The notes below the pieces were generated by a model. It saw only the letters and a program-made list of their open reading frames with translations. It ran no database searches and was not told the origin of the DNA. Positions 47,098 to 56,894 of a DNA stretch of 64,000 nucleotides are shown in pieces (the stretch's first letter is position 1; each line of letters starts with the position of its first letter). Made by a program: the position numbers and the translations under genes. Origin of the DNA: Armatimonadota bacterium (GTDB lineage: Bacteria > Armatimonadota > Fimbriimonadia > Fimbriimonadales > Fimbriimonadaceae); assembly GCA_029781035.1 (NCBI GenBank), contig JAKOXK010000069.1:26266-90265 (forward strand), written 5' to 3'.

Positions 47098-47733
47098 TCA
47101 GTGAGATCCCATATCGATCAGCTTCTTCAGATCCAAGGCCCGCTTGTACTGCGGTTGTTCCTTCAGCGCGGCATCGATGAGCTTTCTCGCATCGGAAAGC
47201 TTTTTCAGCTGCAGTTTGACTCCAGCCGCGTCCGTGAGAATCGAGGGTTCGGTCTTGAGCATCTCCACAGCCTTGTCGGCGTGGATCTCGGCTTGTGCAA
47301 AGTCATTTCTGGCCTCGTAGAGCAGGGCCAACTCGTCGTGGATCCGCCCGAGCGCGTCATAGTCGTCTGCGGTCAGGCTCTCGGGTGCAAGGGCCAGTCC
47401 CTGTTTGAAGGCGATCTCAGCACCCTTGTCGTCGTCGAGGCCACGAAGACTCAGTCCCTTCAATATGTAAAGCCCGTAGGTATCGGCCTTAAAAGCGATC
47501 AACCCCTCGATCAAGCGGCTGGCGCGACGCAGATCCTCCTTTTCGTTCTTGGAGACAGGATATCCCTCGTGCATTTCCTCGAACGGAGTCTTGGTCAGCT
47601 CTTCCACCTGCGCCAGGGCTTGGTTGTAGTCGTCAACAGTCCGGTAGATCGGGGGCGCGTTCGGGTCGGGACGGCAGCCACCCAGGATCGCGATGGCGGC
47701 CACAAAGACGACCGGACAATGCCAGCCAGACAT
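47098..47733 (-). CDS. TPR-like lipoprotein
   Basis: Start trimmed to ATG 47733 (MSGWHCPVVFVAAIAILGGC, lipobox). TPR-like helical repeats follow. The ORF-track start 47796 overlaps the leuS stop. Confidence 0.6.
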   Translation of the reverse strand: MSGWHCPVVFVAAIAILGGCRPDPNAPPIYRTVDDYNQALAQVEELTKTPFEEMHEGYPVSKNEKEDLRRASRLIEGLIAFKADTYGLYILKGLSLRGLDDDKGAEIAFKQGLALAPESLTADDYDALGRIHDELALLYEARNDFAQAEIHADKAVEMLKTEPSILTDAAGVKLQLKKLSDARKLIDAALKEQPQYKRALDLKKLIDMGSH

Positions 47734-47779
47734 TGCCGTTCTGTGCCTTGGCTCGGTTGCGGCTAAGAAGGGGCGGAAT

Positions 47780-50539
47780 TCAGTTCGCGACGACATTGAC
47801 GAGTTTCCCGGGGACGACGATGACCTTTCTTACCTCTAATCCAGCGAGATGATTCTTGACCTTTTCCGATGCGAGTGCGGCTGACTCAAGCTGCTCGCGC
47901 GAACTGTCGGCCGGAACTTCGATCGTGTCACGCAGCTTGCCGTTCACCTGGACGGCGATCGTGACAACATCGTCTTTTGCCAGTTCGGGATCGAAGTTCG
48001 GCCAGTGTTGGTCGTAGGTGAATCCCTGCCCACCGATGCTCTCCCAAAGCTCGTCGGCCGTGTGGGGAGCAGCTGGGGCGAGCAACAAGATGAGCGTTTC
48101 GAGCACTTCGCTCCAGGCTCCGGCGTCCTCCGGCGCAGGGCCGCTCTTCTTCAGGTCGTTCACCGTGTTCACATACTCCATCATCGCCGCGATGTACGTG
48201 TTGAACGCGAACCGCTCGATGTCCTCTGTGACACGTCGGATTGTCTTGTGAGTGGCTCTCCGTAAGTGACGGACGGTTTCCGACGTACCGGTGCCCGACG
48301 ATCTCCAGTCGCGACGATAGCACGGTGCCAACTCGGAGGCCAGTCGGAATACGCGGCTCAAGAACCTTGCAGTACCGGTCATGCCTTCGTTGTTCCACTC
48401 AACATCGGCGTCGAAGGGAGCGACAAACAACTCGTACAAGCGCAAAGCGTCCGCGCCGTACGACTCCACCGCCTCGTCAGGAGTGACGACGTTTCCCTTG
48501 GACTTGCTCATCCTGACCCACTTCCATGTCAGGTCGCTCTCAGGTAGCGTGGCCGCCTCCTCGTAGCTGACCAAGATCCCGTCCTCACCCACCTCGAGCT
48601 TCTCGCTCGCGCGTGCCTTGCGGTAGGGAGTCCGCCCGAGCACTTGGCCCTGGTTCCTGAGCCTTTGAAACGGCTCCTTCACGGGCACGAGGCCTTCGTC
48701 ATAAAGAACCTTTGTCCAAAAGCGGGCATAGAGTAGGTGCATGACGGCGTGCTCTGCGCCACCGACATAGGTATCGACCGGCATCCAATAGGACACTTTC
48801 TTCGGTTCCCAGGCTTGGTCGCTATTGTGTGGGTCACAAAACCTCAAGAAGTACCAAGACGAGCAGGCGAAACCGCCCATCGTGTCCGTCTCCCTTCGAC
48901 CGAGCGTGCCCTCGGGAGTCGTGCAGTTGACAAACTCGGTGATCCTTGACAAGGGGGAAGTCCCATCGTCGCTCGGCTCGTAACTGTCCACATCGGGCAG
49001 TTCTACGGGCAGTTGGTTCTCAGGGATGAGCATCGCGTCCCCGTCCTTGGCATAGCAGACGGGGATGGGGCAGCCCCAATAACGTTGGCGGCTGATGAGC
49101 CAGTCGCGCAGACGGTATTGGATCTTGCGCTCGCCTATCTCGCACGCCTCCATCCATTCGCCCAGCGCCCGGGTCGCCTCGGCGAAGTTCATACCCGTGT
49201 ACTCCTTGGCGTTGATGAGGGGTGCGTCCTTCGAGATGTAAGCGGCGGCAAAGCGCTTGGGATCCTCAAGGTACTGATCGAGGAGGTTCTCCGGTGTCGG
49301 GCCTGATCCAGCTGTCCAGTTGGCGGCCAGCCAGTCCGCGTCTGGTTCTTGTATGGCGGTCACAGGAATCCCGAACTTGCAGGCAAACTCAAAATCGCGC
49401 TCGTCGCCTGCAGGGACGGCCATGATGGCCCCGGTCCCATAGCCGCTCAGGACATAGTCCGCAGTCCATATCGGCACGCGTTGTCCGTTGGCCGGATTGA
49501 GTGCATGGGCGCCAGTGAAGACTCCTGTCTTTTCGCGGTTCTCCGCCAGTCGCGTCGCTTCCGTCTCCGATTTCGCCATTTCCCGGTAAGCCCTTACCTC
49601 AGATGCCTGACGTTCGACTTCTGGGCCACCATGGGCAAGGATCCGGTCCACGAGCGGATGCTCCGGCGCCAAAACGCAGAAGGTGACGCCGAAGATCGTG
49701 TCCACACGGGTGGTGAAGACCTCGAACGTCATGTCCGCTTTTGGATCCGCATCGGAGTCAAGGTCGTATGCCTTCGGCGTCGTTTCGGCGTCCTCTTGAC
49801 CGCCGAAGACGACTTTCATCCGGAACTGGACGCCCTCGCTTCGCCCGATCCAGTTCCGCTGCATCGCCTTGATGCCTTCGGGCCAGTCGAGGTCGTCGAG
49901 GTCGTCGATCAGCCGCTGGGCGTACTCGGTGATCCTGAAATACCATTGAGGGATCGATTTCTTCTCGACTGGAGTCCCGCACCGCTCACAGAGTCCTCCC
50001 ACGACCTCCTCGTTGGCGAGCGCCGTCTTGTCCTTGGGGCACCAGTTGACCTCTGCGTCCTTACGGTACGCCAACCCCCTTCGGTACAGCAGTTCGAAGA
50101 TCCACTGCGTCCATTGGTAGTAACTCGGCTCGCACGATTTGAACGACCGTGACCAGTCGTAGCTGATGCCGACAAGATCCATCTGCCGCTTGTACGTCGC
50201 GGCGTATTGATCGATCATCGGGGCCGGGTGAGTCTTCCGTTTGATGGCTTCGTTCTCAGCAGGCAGGCCGAAGGCGTCGAACCCCATCGGGTGCAGGACG
50301 TTGTAGCCCCGCATGGTCTTCATCCGGCAAAGCACGTCGGTCGGCACGTAGTTGCGACAGTGGCCGACGCTCAGACCAGCGCCACTGGGATAGGGAAAGA
50401 AGTCCAAACCGTAGAACTTGGGCTTGTCTTCGTCCTCGCGAGTGCGGAAGAGGTCGGCCTCTTCCCAGCGCTGGCGCCACTTGGATTCAAACTGATGAGG
50501 CTCGTACCGGTCGAGCATCTCAGGGTTGTACCTAGCCAA
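47780..50539 (-). CDS. leuS: Leucine--tRNA ligase
   Basis: Class I HIGH (YPSGAGLSVGHCRNY) and KMSKS (VRMSKSKGN) motifs; 919 aa, full length. Confidence 0.97.
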   Translation of the reverse strand: MARYNPEMLDRYEPHQFESKWRQRWEEADLFRTREDEDKPKFYGLDFFPYPSGAGLSVGHCRNYVPTDVLCRMKTMRGYNVLHPMGFDAFGLPAENEAIKRKTHPAPMIDQYAATYKRQMDLVGISYDWSRSFKSCEPSYYQWTQWIFELLYRRGLAYRKDAEVNWCPKDKTALANEEVVGGLCERCGTPVEKKSIPQWYFRITEYAQRLIDDLDDLDWPEGIKAMQRNWIGRSEGVQFRMKVVFGGQEDAETTPKAYDLDSDADPKADMTFEVFTTRVDTIFGVTFCVLAPEHPLVDRILAHGGPEVERQASEVRAYREMAKSETEATRLAENREKTGVFTGAHALNPANGQRVPIWTADYVLSGYGTGAIMAVPAGDERDFEFACKFGIPVTAIQEPDADWLAANWTAGSGPTPENLLDQYLEDPKRFAAAYISKDAPLINAKEYTGMNFAEATRALGEWMEACEIGERKIQYRLRDWLISRQRYWGCPIPVCYAKDGDAMLIPENQLPVELPDVDSYEPSDDGTSPLSRITEFVNCTTPEGTLGRRETDTMGGFACSSWYFLRFCDPHNSDQAWEPKKVSYWMPVDTYVGGAEHAVMHLLYARFWTKVLYDEGLVPVKEPFQRLRNQGQVLGRTPYRKARASEKLEVGEDGILVSYEEAATLPESDLTWKWVRMSKSKGNVVTPDEAVESYGADALRLYELFVAPFDADVEWNNEGMTGTARFLSRVFRLASELAPCYRRDWRSSGTGTSETVRHLRRATHKTIRRVTEDIERFAFNTYIAAMMEYVNTVNDLKKSGPAPEDAGAWSEVLETLILLLAPAAPHTADELWESIGGQGFTYDQHWPNFDPELAKDDVVTIAVQVNGKLRDTIEVPADSSREQLESAALASEKVKNHLAGLEVRKVIVVPGKLVNVVAN

Positions 50540-50561
50540 CGCTCTGTCAACGGGGGACGAG

Positions 50562-52688
50562 TCAAGGCCTGATTGGACCGGACGGCTCTGAAAGGAGCGT
50601 ATTGGTATCGATCCGGGCGAGATCGGACTTCAAACTCCTGCGAAGAGTCTCCAATCGAGCTTTGATTTCGGCTGGAAGAGTGTCCGGCGTGTAGACCGCC
50701 TTGTCCGCCGTATCGGCGAAGTCCTCGAGGACTGTCGAGCAGACACAGCGAGGCGCCGTCTCGACGGTGAGCAGGTAACGCTTCCGCGTCACAAGCCGGA
50801 AAGAGGGCTTGGCCGTGCCCGTGAAATAGAAGGGGGCGAGTCGCCTGTCGTCTGTGACCGCCAGGTCGAGCGCGAGATCCGGCAGACCCCCCGTTCGACG
50901 GGAGAGTGGGTCGTCGGTCTGCCACAACAGGCCCGGTTCATCGATCTCGCTCACGGCAACTGCGGCCCCCTTGGGCAAGCCGTCGCGAGCGACATCGATC
51001 AACTGGGGCACTCGTGGGCCTGCGAGCGAGACTTGGGAGCCTATCGTGGTGAAGTGACCGATACCGGCATCGTGGAACGATCCCGATGGCTGGCTGGCAG
51101 TATGGTCCGCCAACGCCAACGCCAGCTTGTACGTTTTGGGGTCGGCCAAGGCGAATCCGAGACCGTGGGATGGCGACAGTCCTTGAGACTGAGCCGGCCG
51201 CAACTGGCCCCAAAGAAGGAGAGCGTGCCGCAACGAGCCGGAACCCAATGCGATCGATCCCGCCTCACCGGACACGCACCGGAACAAAACGGTCAACGCG
51301 CTCGACGATCGGAAGGTCTCCGCTGCGAGGCGCACTCGGTCGGCAAGTCCAAACCAACCATTTTGGTCGACGCTTCGCAGGGTCTCCCCCAAGACCTTGC
51401 GGCTCATCCGGTGGTCCCGGGCCAAGAAGGGCCATCGGGGGGTCACCAGAGTCCATCCGTTGCGGGCCTCAATCTGCACTGTCGGCTCCTTCGCCAGGGC
51501 CGACAATGCGTCGCCTATGGCCCCGGACGGATCTCCTGTCAGCTGGTTGGCCAGGGTCTGGAAGACCGAATCGTCCACAACCGCGATCAGGTCAGAGTCA
51601 GTCGTCTGGGCCAAATCCCGCAGGGAATCGTTGACAAAATAGGCGAGCGGATCGTGTTGCTCTGGACGAAGAAACATCCGTCGCTGCTCCGAATCCACCT
51701 TGGGTGGCGGAGGCGGAGAGGCTTGTGTGAAGTCCACGGTGTACGCGCCTCGGTGAGCGTCTCCAAGCGAGGCAGTCGTTATGCCGCCCATCGAAGGCCA
51801 ATACGGGTTCCATCGGATGAGTCGGAGGAGTGCGGAGGAGCCCGCCGTCAACCCGGACTTCACTCTTGGCAACTCGGGAGTCTCGCCGACTGGCAATTTG
51901 ACGAGGAGGTTCAAGGGTAGAAGGTAGCTCTGCTCAGGGTCCGTTGTCTCCATGGAGACGGAGACTTGGAACCACAAGTCGGCTTTCCGTTCGATCGAGA
52001 CCGTTACTCGGCGCATGCGGTCAGGATCGGTGCTGAGAAGGGGCCCGATGCCAGGCAGGAACGCACGGTCGCCGGGAAAGTGGGGGTTTTGGCCCTGGAC
52101 CGATTCATTGGCCTCAGCCCACAATTGCCTGCAGGCGTCGCGCACCGAAGGGGCCAGGTTCGCTGAGTCCCACGCCTTGACGTCTAATTCGTCAAGACGG
52201 AGGTTCAGGAACTCCCGGTCGGTGAATTGACTCAGAAGTCGGACAATGAACCGGGTGCCGAGGTCGTTCGGGCGATCCTTGTCGGAACCCAGCATCGCCA
52301 CGAACCGACGGTGTTGGCTACTGGAGTCGCTGGGATGCTTGAGTCCTTCACGGAGCCAGGCCAGCAAGTCGCGCAACGACCTCGCCCGGGCGGACTCATA
52401 GTCGGCTCGGTCGGCCCTGTCACGGGATTCGTCCAGCGCGAGGGTCAACCCTCCATCGACCTCTTTCCACACGCCGCCCACCGCCGCCGCGAGCTTGGCC
52501 TCGACGTCGGCGAGCGTGGCCGACCGCACGTGAGCGATGACGGGTTCATCGGCCAGAGGCGGCGCGCACCCAAGCTTCTGGCCGGTTTGCGCCGAGAGCG
52601 TCTTGACGACCTCTCCCATAGGTTGGGCCGCTGAGTCCAAAGACACTTGAGGCTGTGTCAGCGCCAGCGCGGCGACGAAGAGGGTCAT
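50562..52688 (-). CDS. Large secreted protein of unknown function, paralog family member 2
   Basis: Short signal peptide MTLFVAALALTQP. The N-terminal module QPMGEVVKTLSAQTGQKLGCAPPLADEPVIAHVRSATLADVEAKLAAAVGGVW is collinear with the other two members, as is NGWTLVTPRWPFLARDHRMSRKVLGETL. Confidence 0.7.
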   Translation of the reverse strand: MTLFVAALALTQPQVSLDSAAQPMGEVVKTLSAQTGQKLGCAPPLADEPVIAHVRSATLADVEAKLAAAVGGVWKEVDGGLTLALDESRDRADRADYESARARSLRDLLAWLREGLKHPSDSSSQHRRFVAMLGSDKDRPNDLGTRFIVRLLSQFTDREFLNLRLDELDVKAWDSANLAPSVRDACRQLWAEANESVQGQNPHFPGDRAFLPGIGPLLSTDPDRMRRVTVSIERKADLWFQVSVSMETTDPEQSYLLPLNLLVKLPVGETPELPRVKSGLTAGSSALLRLIRWNPYWPSMGGITTASLGDAHRGAYTVDFTQASPPPPPKVDSEQRRMFLRPEQHDPLAYFVNDSLRDLAQTTDSDLIAVVDDSVFQTLANQLTGDPSGAIGDALSALAKEPTVQIEARNGWTLVTPRWPFLARDHRMSRKVLGETLRSVDQNGWFGLADRVRLAAETFRSSSALTVLFRCVSGEAGSIALGSGSLRHALLLWGQLRPAQSQGLSPSHGLGFALADPKTYKLALALADHTASQPSGSFHDAGIGHFTTIGSQVSLAGPRVPQLIDVARDGLPKGAAVAVSEIDEPGLLWQTDDPLSRRTGGLPDLALDLAVTDDRRLAPFYFTGTAKPSFRLVTRKRYLLTVETAPRCVCSTVLEDFADTADKAVYTPDTLPAEIKARLETLRRSLKSDLARIDTNTLLSEPSGPIRP

Positions 52689-52765
52689 GTCAATTCGGAC
52701 GGGCTTGAGGGCGTGGAAAACAAAGGGCGGCCCCAGTACGGACTAGGGCCGCCAGACGCAGCGCC

Positions 52766-55264
52766 TTATTGTGGTGGTGGCTCTTGGCCGTTCCCGCCGC
52801 CACCTCGGCGACCGCCAGGGCCGGCGCCCCGACCGCCTTGTTGGCCCATTTGCGAGAACCTTTGACGCATCTGGTCATAGACTTGCTGGAATTCCTTCGT
52901 GAAAGCAGCCGGCAACTGACCTTGCGCCACGACGTTTTGGCCATCGAGGACCGTGTCGGTCAAGGTGCGAGTGAGTGTCACGCCTGGAGCCAGGTTGAAG
53001 GTGAACACGTAGCGCGTCTGGTTGCCAGAAATGAAGCCGCTCCAGGCGATCATTGGCCGCGCTCCTCCGCCTTGTGGGGCTGGCATCTCGCTCATGGCTC
53101 TCTCCATCGCCAGTTGCCTGGCCGTGTAGAGGCGGGAGATTGTGTTGCCGTCGCGCACCCCTTTGGCCACGGCCTGGCTGTTGGTCGACATGACGAGGAA
53201 GGAGCCGCCGGGCACGCCCGTCGGAAGGACCTCTGTGCGCTCGGTCGAGATGTTGCCCCCCATTCCCATACCCATCCTTCCTCCAAGGCCGTTCTGTCCG
53301 CCGAAGCCGCCACGGCCCCCCTGTCCGCGGCCCCTTTGCTGGCCACCGAATTGCTGCGCGGAGGCATCGAGTTCGATCGTGAAGGCAAGGTCGCCACCCG
53401 TCGACGTGATGGCGACGGGAGCCGAGGCCCCACCTGTGTTGAGGATCATCACTTGGCCCGCGACTGGTTGGCCCGACACGTCAGACACAGCGGCCTGGCC
53501 GCCAGTCCGCCCTCTGCCACCTTGACGGGTCACTTGGGGCCCGTCGACCGAGTTGTAGACCATGTCCGCGAGCAGCTTCATCGCGTTCACGCTGATGTTG
53601 TTGACCGGTAGTTGCTTTCCGCCTGCGAGGTTGTTGCGCGTCGTCTGGCCCATCGAACTCCACATGAGGAGCATGTCTCGGTTAGTGCCGTACACTTCCT
53701 CGATCAACGAGACAGAGGCGGGATCCAGGACACCGACGATGGCTTGGTCAAGCCCACCCGAGCCCGAGATGGGCGAAGTCACAGCGTATTTCGCCATGTC
53801 GTCCAACCTCGGAACGCCCTTGCTGAGGATGATGTCGATCAGTCCCTTGAGGGCTGATCGGTTCACCCGAGACTCTCGTGCTTCGAACAAGTGCTTTGGC
53901 GCCACGGTCGTCCACCCATCGGTCGTCGTGAAGACCAGTCCCCAATCGTCTTTGGCCGCTGCTCCCAACTGCGAAGGCGTCTTCGTCACAATGAGGCTTC
54001 GAGCCGAGTCCTGAAGCACTGAGTCAGGGAGCAGGGCGACTAAGTTGTCCTTCCCAGTGATGAGCCGAATGGCTTCGGTGGGAAGCAAGTTGAGCGGGTC
54101 GTTGGACTCCGGGTCTCGTAGTGATTTGACCAACTCAGCCGCAGGCTCTTCATCGTCGAAGGCATCGCCAGCGGACGTGGTCACCACGTTGTCCGCCCCA
54201 GAGAACACCACGAACTGAGCGCGGAAACTACCACGCGTTCCCCTTGAGAAAACCTGTGCGGCCGTCTTCGCCAAGGGCGAGAGTTCGACCGGTTTTTCAC
54301 CTTCGAGAGCAGGCTTGACTTCCTGGGCCGCACGGGCCAGCCGATCGTCACCGATCGAAAGGTCCCCGCTGCCAAGGATCGCGCCTTGCGTGTCGGCGAC
54401 GATGTATTGGCAGTTGAGGGCATTGTTGTCCCCGAACCTTGTGACGATCAAGTAGCTCTTGCCGATCGACGCGTTCTGCAGGCGCGCGATCTGCTGCTCC
54501 ATGGGGTTCGGCTGTTGTTGGGCGCCCGTGTTGCGGGTCTGCGCTTGGTTGCCGCGTTGGCGGCCCATGCCACCCTGCGCTATCATCTTCGCCTGATCGT
54601 TCAGGAATGTACGGGCGACAAGCGTGGGATTGCCTGGCAATGGCCGCTGCATCTGCGTCGGGATCGAAGAGAACACGACACGTTGCCCGGGCCCGATCCG
54701 TGCCAAGTCGTCTACTCGGATCGATACGACCGACTGGATGACCGCCCGTCCGCCAGGCATCATCGTCTGCATGTTCGACATCTGGGCGAACCCGGCCCGT
54801 CGCCCGCCAGGCCCGCCTTGCTGCCCCAACTGCTGCTGCTGTTGACGCATCTCCTGCATCTGTTGCTGCAGTTTGGCTGGATCGAAAACGCCCTGTTGTT
54901 TGACCTGCGAGCTGAGCTGGTCGATCTCGCCCTTGAGCAACGTCGTTCGCTCCTTGACAGCCAGTTGCCGGTCTTGAGCATCGAGCAATGTGTCCAGGTC
55001 CAAGCGCTTGCCCGAAGTCGAATCGGCCCACCGACCCCCTACAGTGGACGCGATCTTGGCCAGAAGGTCGGTCGGCGCGACATCGTGGACATCGATCATG
55101 ACGACCTCGTTCGCGAGCTGTGGCGAGACCAAGAGGCGGTCACCCGTCTTCTGCGCAATGTCCGCGAGCGCCTTCGACAGCGGCTCCGCCGGAAGTGAAA
55201 GCGTCAGCGCCCCCTGTGACTGGGTCAGTACGGCCATTACGGCCAGTGAAGAGATTCCGATCAT
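52766..55264 (-). CDS. Large secreted protein of unknown function, paralog family member 3 (with Q-rich and RGG-like low-complexity tracts)
   Basis: Start trimmed to ATG 55264 (MIGISSLAVMAVLTQSQG). Contains EPLSKALADIAQKTGDRLLVSPQLANEVVMIDVHD, GQRVVFSSIPTQMQRPLP and DGWTTVAPKHLFEARESRVNRSALKGLIDIILSKGVPRLDDMAKY. Confidence 0.75.
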   Translation of the reverse strand: MIGISSLAVMAVLTQSQGALTLSLPAEPLSKALADIAQKTGDRLLVSPQLANEVVMIDVHDVAPTDLLAKIASTVGGRWADSTSGKRLDLDTLLDAQDRQLAVKERTTLLKGEIDQLSSQVKQQGVFDPAKLQQQMQEMRQQQQQLGQQGGPGGRRAGFAQMSNMQTMMPGGRAVIQSVVSIRVDDLARIGPGQRVVFSSIPTQMQRPLPGNPTLVARTFLNDQAKMIAQGGMGRQRGNQAQTRNTGAQQQPNPMEQQIARLQNASIGKSYLIVTRFGDNNALNCQYIVADTQGAILGSGDLSIGDDRLARAAQEVKPALEGEKPVELSPLAKTAAQVFSRGTRGSFRAQFVVFSGADNVVTTSAGDAFDDEEPAAELVKSLRDPESNDPLNLLPTEAIRLITGKDNLVALLPDSVLQDSARSLIVTKTPSQLGAAAKDDWGLVFTTTDGWTTVAPKHLFEARESRVNRSALKGLIDIILSKGVPRLDDMAKYAVTSPISGSGGLDQAIVGVLDPASVSLIEEVYGTNRDMLLMWSSMGQTTRNNLAGGKQLPVNNISVNAMKLLADMVYNSVDGPQVTRQGGRGRTGGQAAVSDVSGQPVAGQVMILNTGGASAPVAITSTGGDLAFTIELDASAQQFGGQQRGRGQGGRGGFGGQNGLGGRMGMGMGGNISTERTEVLPTGVPGGSFLVMSTNSQAVAKGVRDGNTISRLYTARQLAMERAMSEMPAPQGGGARPMIAWSGFISGNQTRYVFTFNLAPGVTLTRTLTDTVLDGQNVVAQGQLPAAFTKEFQQVYDQMRQRFSQMGQQGGRGAGPGGRRGGGGNGQEPPPQ

Positions 55265-55293
55265 AGCCCCATGACTGCCGACACCCTCAAAAG

Positions 55294-56271
55294 GTGTCGC
55301 GTCCTCAGTTAATGTTGACGCTTGACGGGTACAAAAGTTCAGTGAGGCTCGTGGCAGACCAAGTTGAGCGGTTGGACCGATTCCTGGCCCGGTGCCTGCG
55401 CGCGCACACCCGTTCCCGGCTTCAGGAGTGGATCGCCGAGGGGCACGTCCGGGTCGAAGGCGAGCCAACGGTCCGGGTTGGGTTTCGGCTCAAACCGGGG
55501 TGGATCATCGAACTCGAGCCACCTGCGGAGTCCGCACCGCACGACTTGGAACCGGCCAGTATCCCGCTCGATGTCGCTTATGAGGACGACTGCCTGCTTG
55601 TCGTCAACAAGCCCCGTAGTCTTGCGACCCACCCTGCTGCAAGCCTCAAAGAGCCGACGCTCGTCAACGCCCTCCTCGCTAGGCGCCATCCGCTGAGCGA
55701 AGGCTTTGCACCTTATCGGCCCGGCATTGTCCATCGCCTGGATAAGGACACGACTGGGCTCATCGTCGTCGCGAAGACAGACTCGGCCCATGCGTCCCTC
55801 TCGCGTCAGATCGAATCGAAGTCCGCCAAGCGGGTCTACGTCGCCCTCGTCGAGGGCGAACCGTTTGACGACGAGTTCACCGTCGATGCCCCGCTGGGAC
55901 GGAGTCAGGGCGATCCGACCAAGATGTCGGTCAAGCGGACAGGGAAGCACGCGGTGACCCACTGCAATGTATTGAGGCGGCTGGGCCAGCGGACGCTTCT
56001 GCTGTGCAGACTCGAGACGGGCCGAACCCACCAGATCCGGGTTCATCTGGCCGCGTGTCACATGCCCGTAGTTGGGGATGCAGTGTACGGTCAATGCTCG
56101 TCGACGCCGCTTCAACTGCATGCGGCCCTGCTTGAGTTCGTTCATCCGGTTACTGGCCGACTGCTGAGGGTGTATGCTTCACCCCCTGAGGACTTTCTGG
56201 CCCGCGGAGAGGTCCGGAAAGAAGAGGTGGAGAGATGGATCGAGACGCCTGGAACCGAATACAACAGCTAG
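55294..56271 (+). CDS. rluD: RluA-family 23S rRNA pseudouridine synthase (RluD-like)
   Basis: S4-like N-terminus, catalytic HRLDKDTTGLIVVAKT and THQIRVHL motifs. Start is GTG 55294 or ATG 55312. Confidence 0.9.
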   Translation: MSRPQLMLTLDGYKSSVRLVADQVERLDRFLARCLRAHTRSRLQEWIAEGHVRVEGEPTVRVGFRLKPGWIIELEPPAESAPHDLEPASIPLDVAYEDDCLLVVNKPRSLATHPAASLKEPTLVNALLARRHPLSEGFAPYRPGIVHRLDKDTTGLIVVAKTDSAHASLSRQIESKSAKRVYVALVEGEPFDDEFTVDAPLGRSQGDPTKMSVKRTGKHAVTHCNVLRRLGQRTLLLCRLETGRTHQIRVHLAACHMPVVGDAVYGQCSSTPLQLHAALLEFVHPVTGRLLRVYASPPEDFLARGEVRKEEVERWIETPGTEYNS

Positions 56272-56894
56272 GTCTCCAAGGGGTGATGCCCCTGGAACTG
56301 GTCACCGTCATGGTCACCCGTGAGCCGACGGACGTTCCCAGGAACGAGCCAATCGTCCGGGAGGCGTTCCGGGGATACACCGTGGCACGGTTCAAAGACA
56401 TCAGCTATGAGGAGATGAGGACGGTCGGTGGCCTGGAGCTTTTCGAGGCGACCCGTCTTCTGGCGGCAGTCGAACTGGGCCGTCGAGCCGCAGTAGCCAG
56501 TCTGGGCGAAAAGGGCCCGCCCGTGACCAAGAGCGAAGAGGCGTATGCCCTCTTCGAGGACTTGGCTGAACAAAAGCAAGAACACTTCTGCGCTGCCTTC
56601 TTCGACTCAAAAGCCCACCTCATCGTGCGAAAAGTGATCCATATCGGCACCTTGAACATGAGCGTCGTGGGTGCGCGCGAGGTGTTCCGTGAAGCGGTGA
56701 GGCACAACGCTGCGAGCGTGATCGTGGCTCACAACCATCCGAGCGGCGACCCAGAACCCAGCCCGGAGGACGTCAAAGTGACGCAAGCCCTCAAGAAGGC
56801 AGGCGAGCTTCTGGACGTCCCTCTGTTAGACCACTTGGTGATTGGCCACGGCAAGAAGAGGTACGTTTCCCTTAACGACGAGGGATTGCTATGA
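56235..56894 (+). CDS. radC: RadC-family (JAB/MPN domain) protein
   Basis: JAMM-like motif VAHNHPSGDPEPSPEDVKVTQAL...LLDHLVIG. The 5' end overlaps the rluD 3' end by 37 nt. Confidence 0.85.
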   Translation: MDRDAWNRIQQLGLQGVMPLELVTVMVTREPTDVPRNEPIVREAFRGYTVARFKDISYEEMRTVGGLELFEATRLLAAVELGRRAAVASLGEKGPPVTKSEEAYALFEDLAEQKQEHFCAAFFDSKAHLIVRKVIHIGTLNMSVVGAREVFREAVRHNAASVIVAHNHPSGDPEPSPEDVKVTQALKKAGELLDVPLLDHLVIGHGKKRYVSLNDEGLL

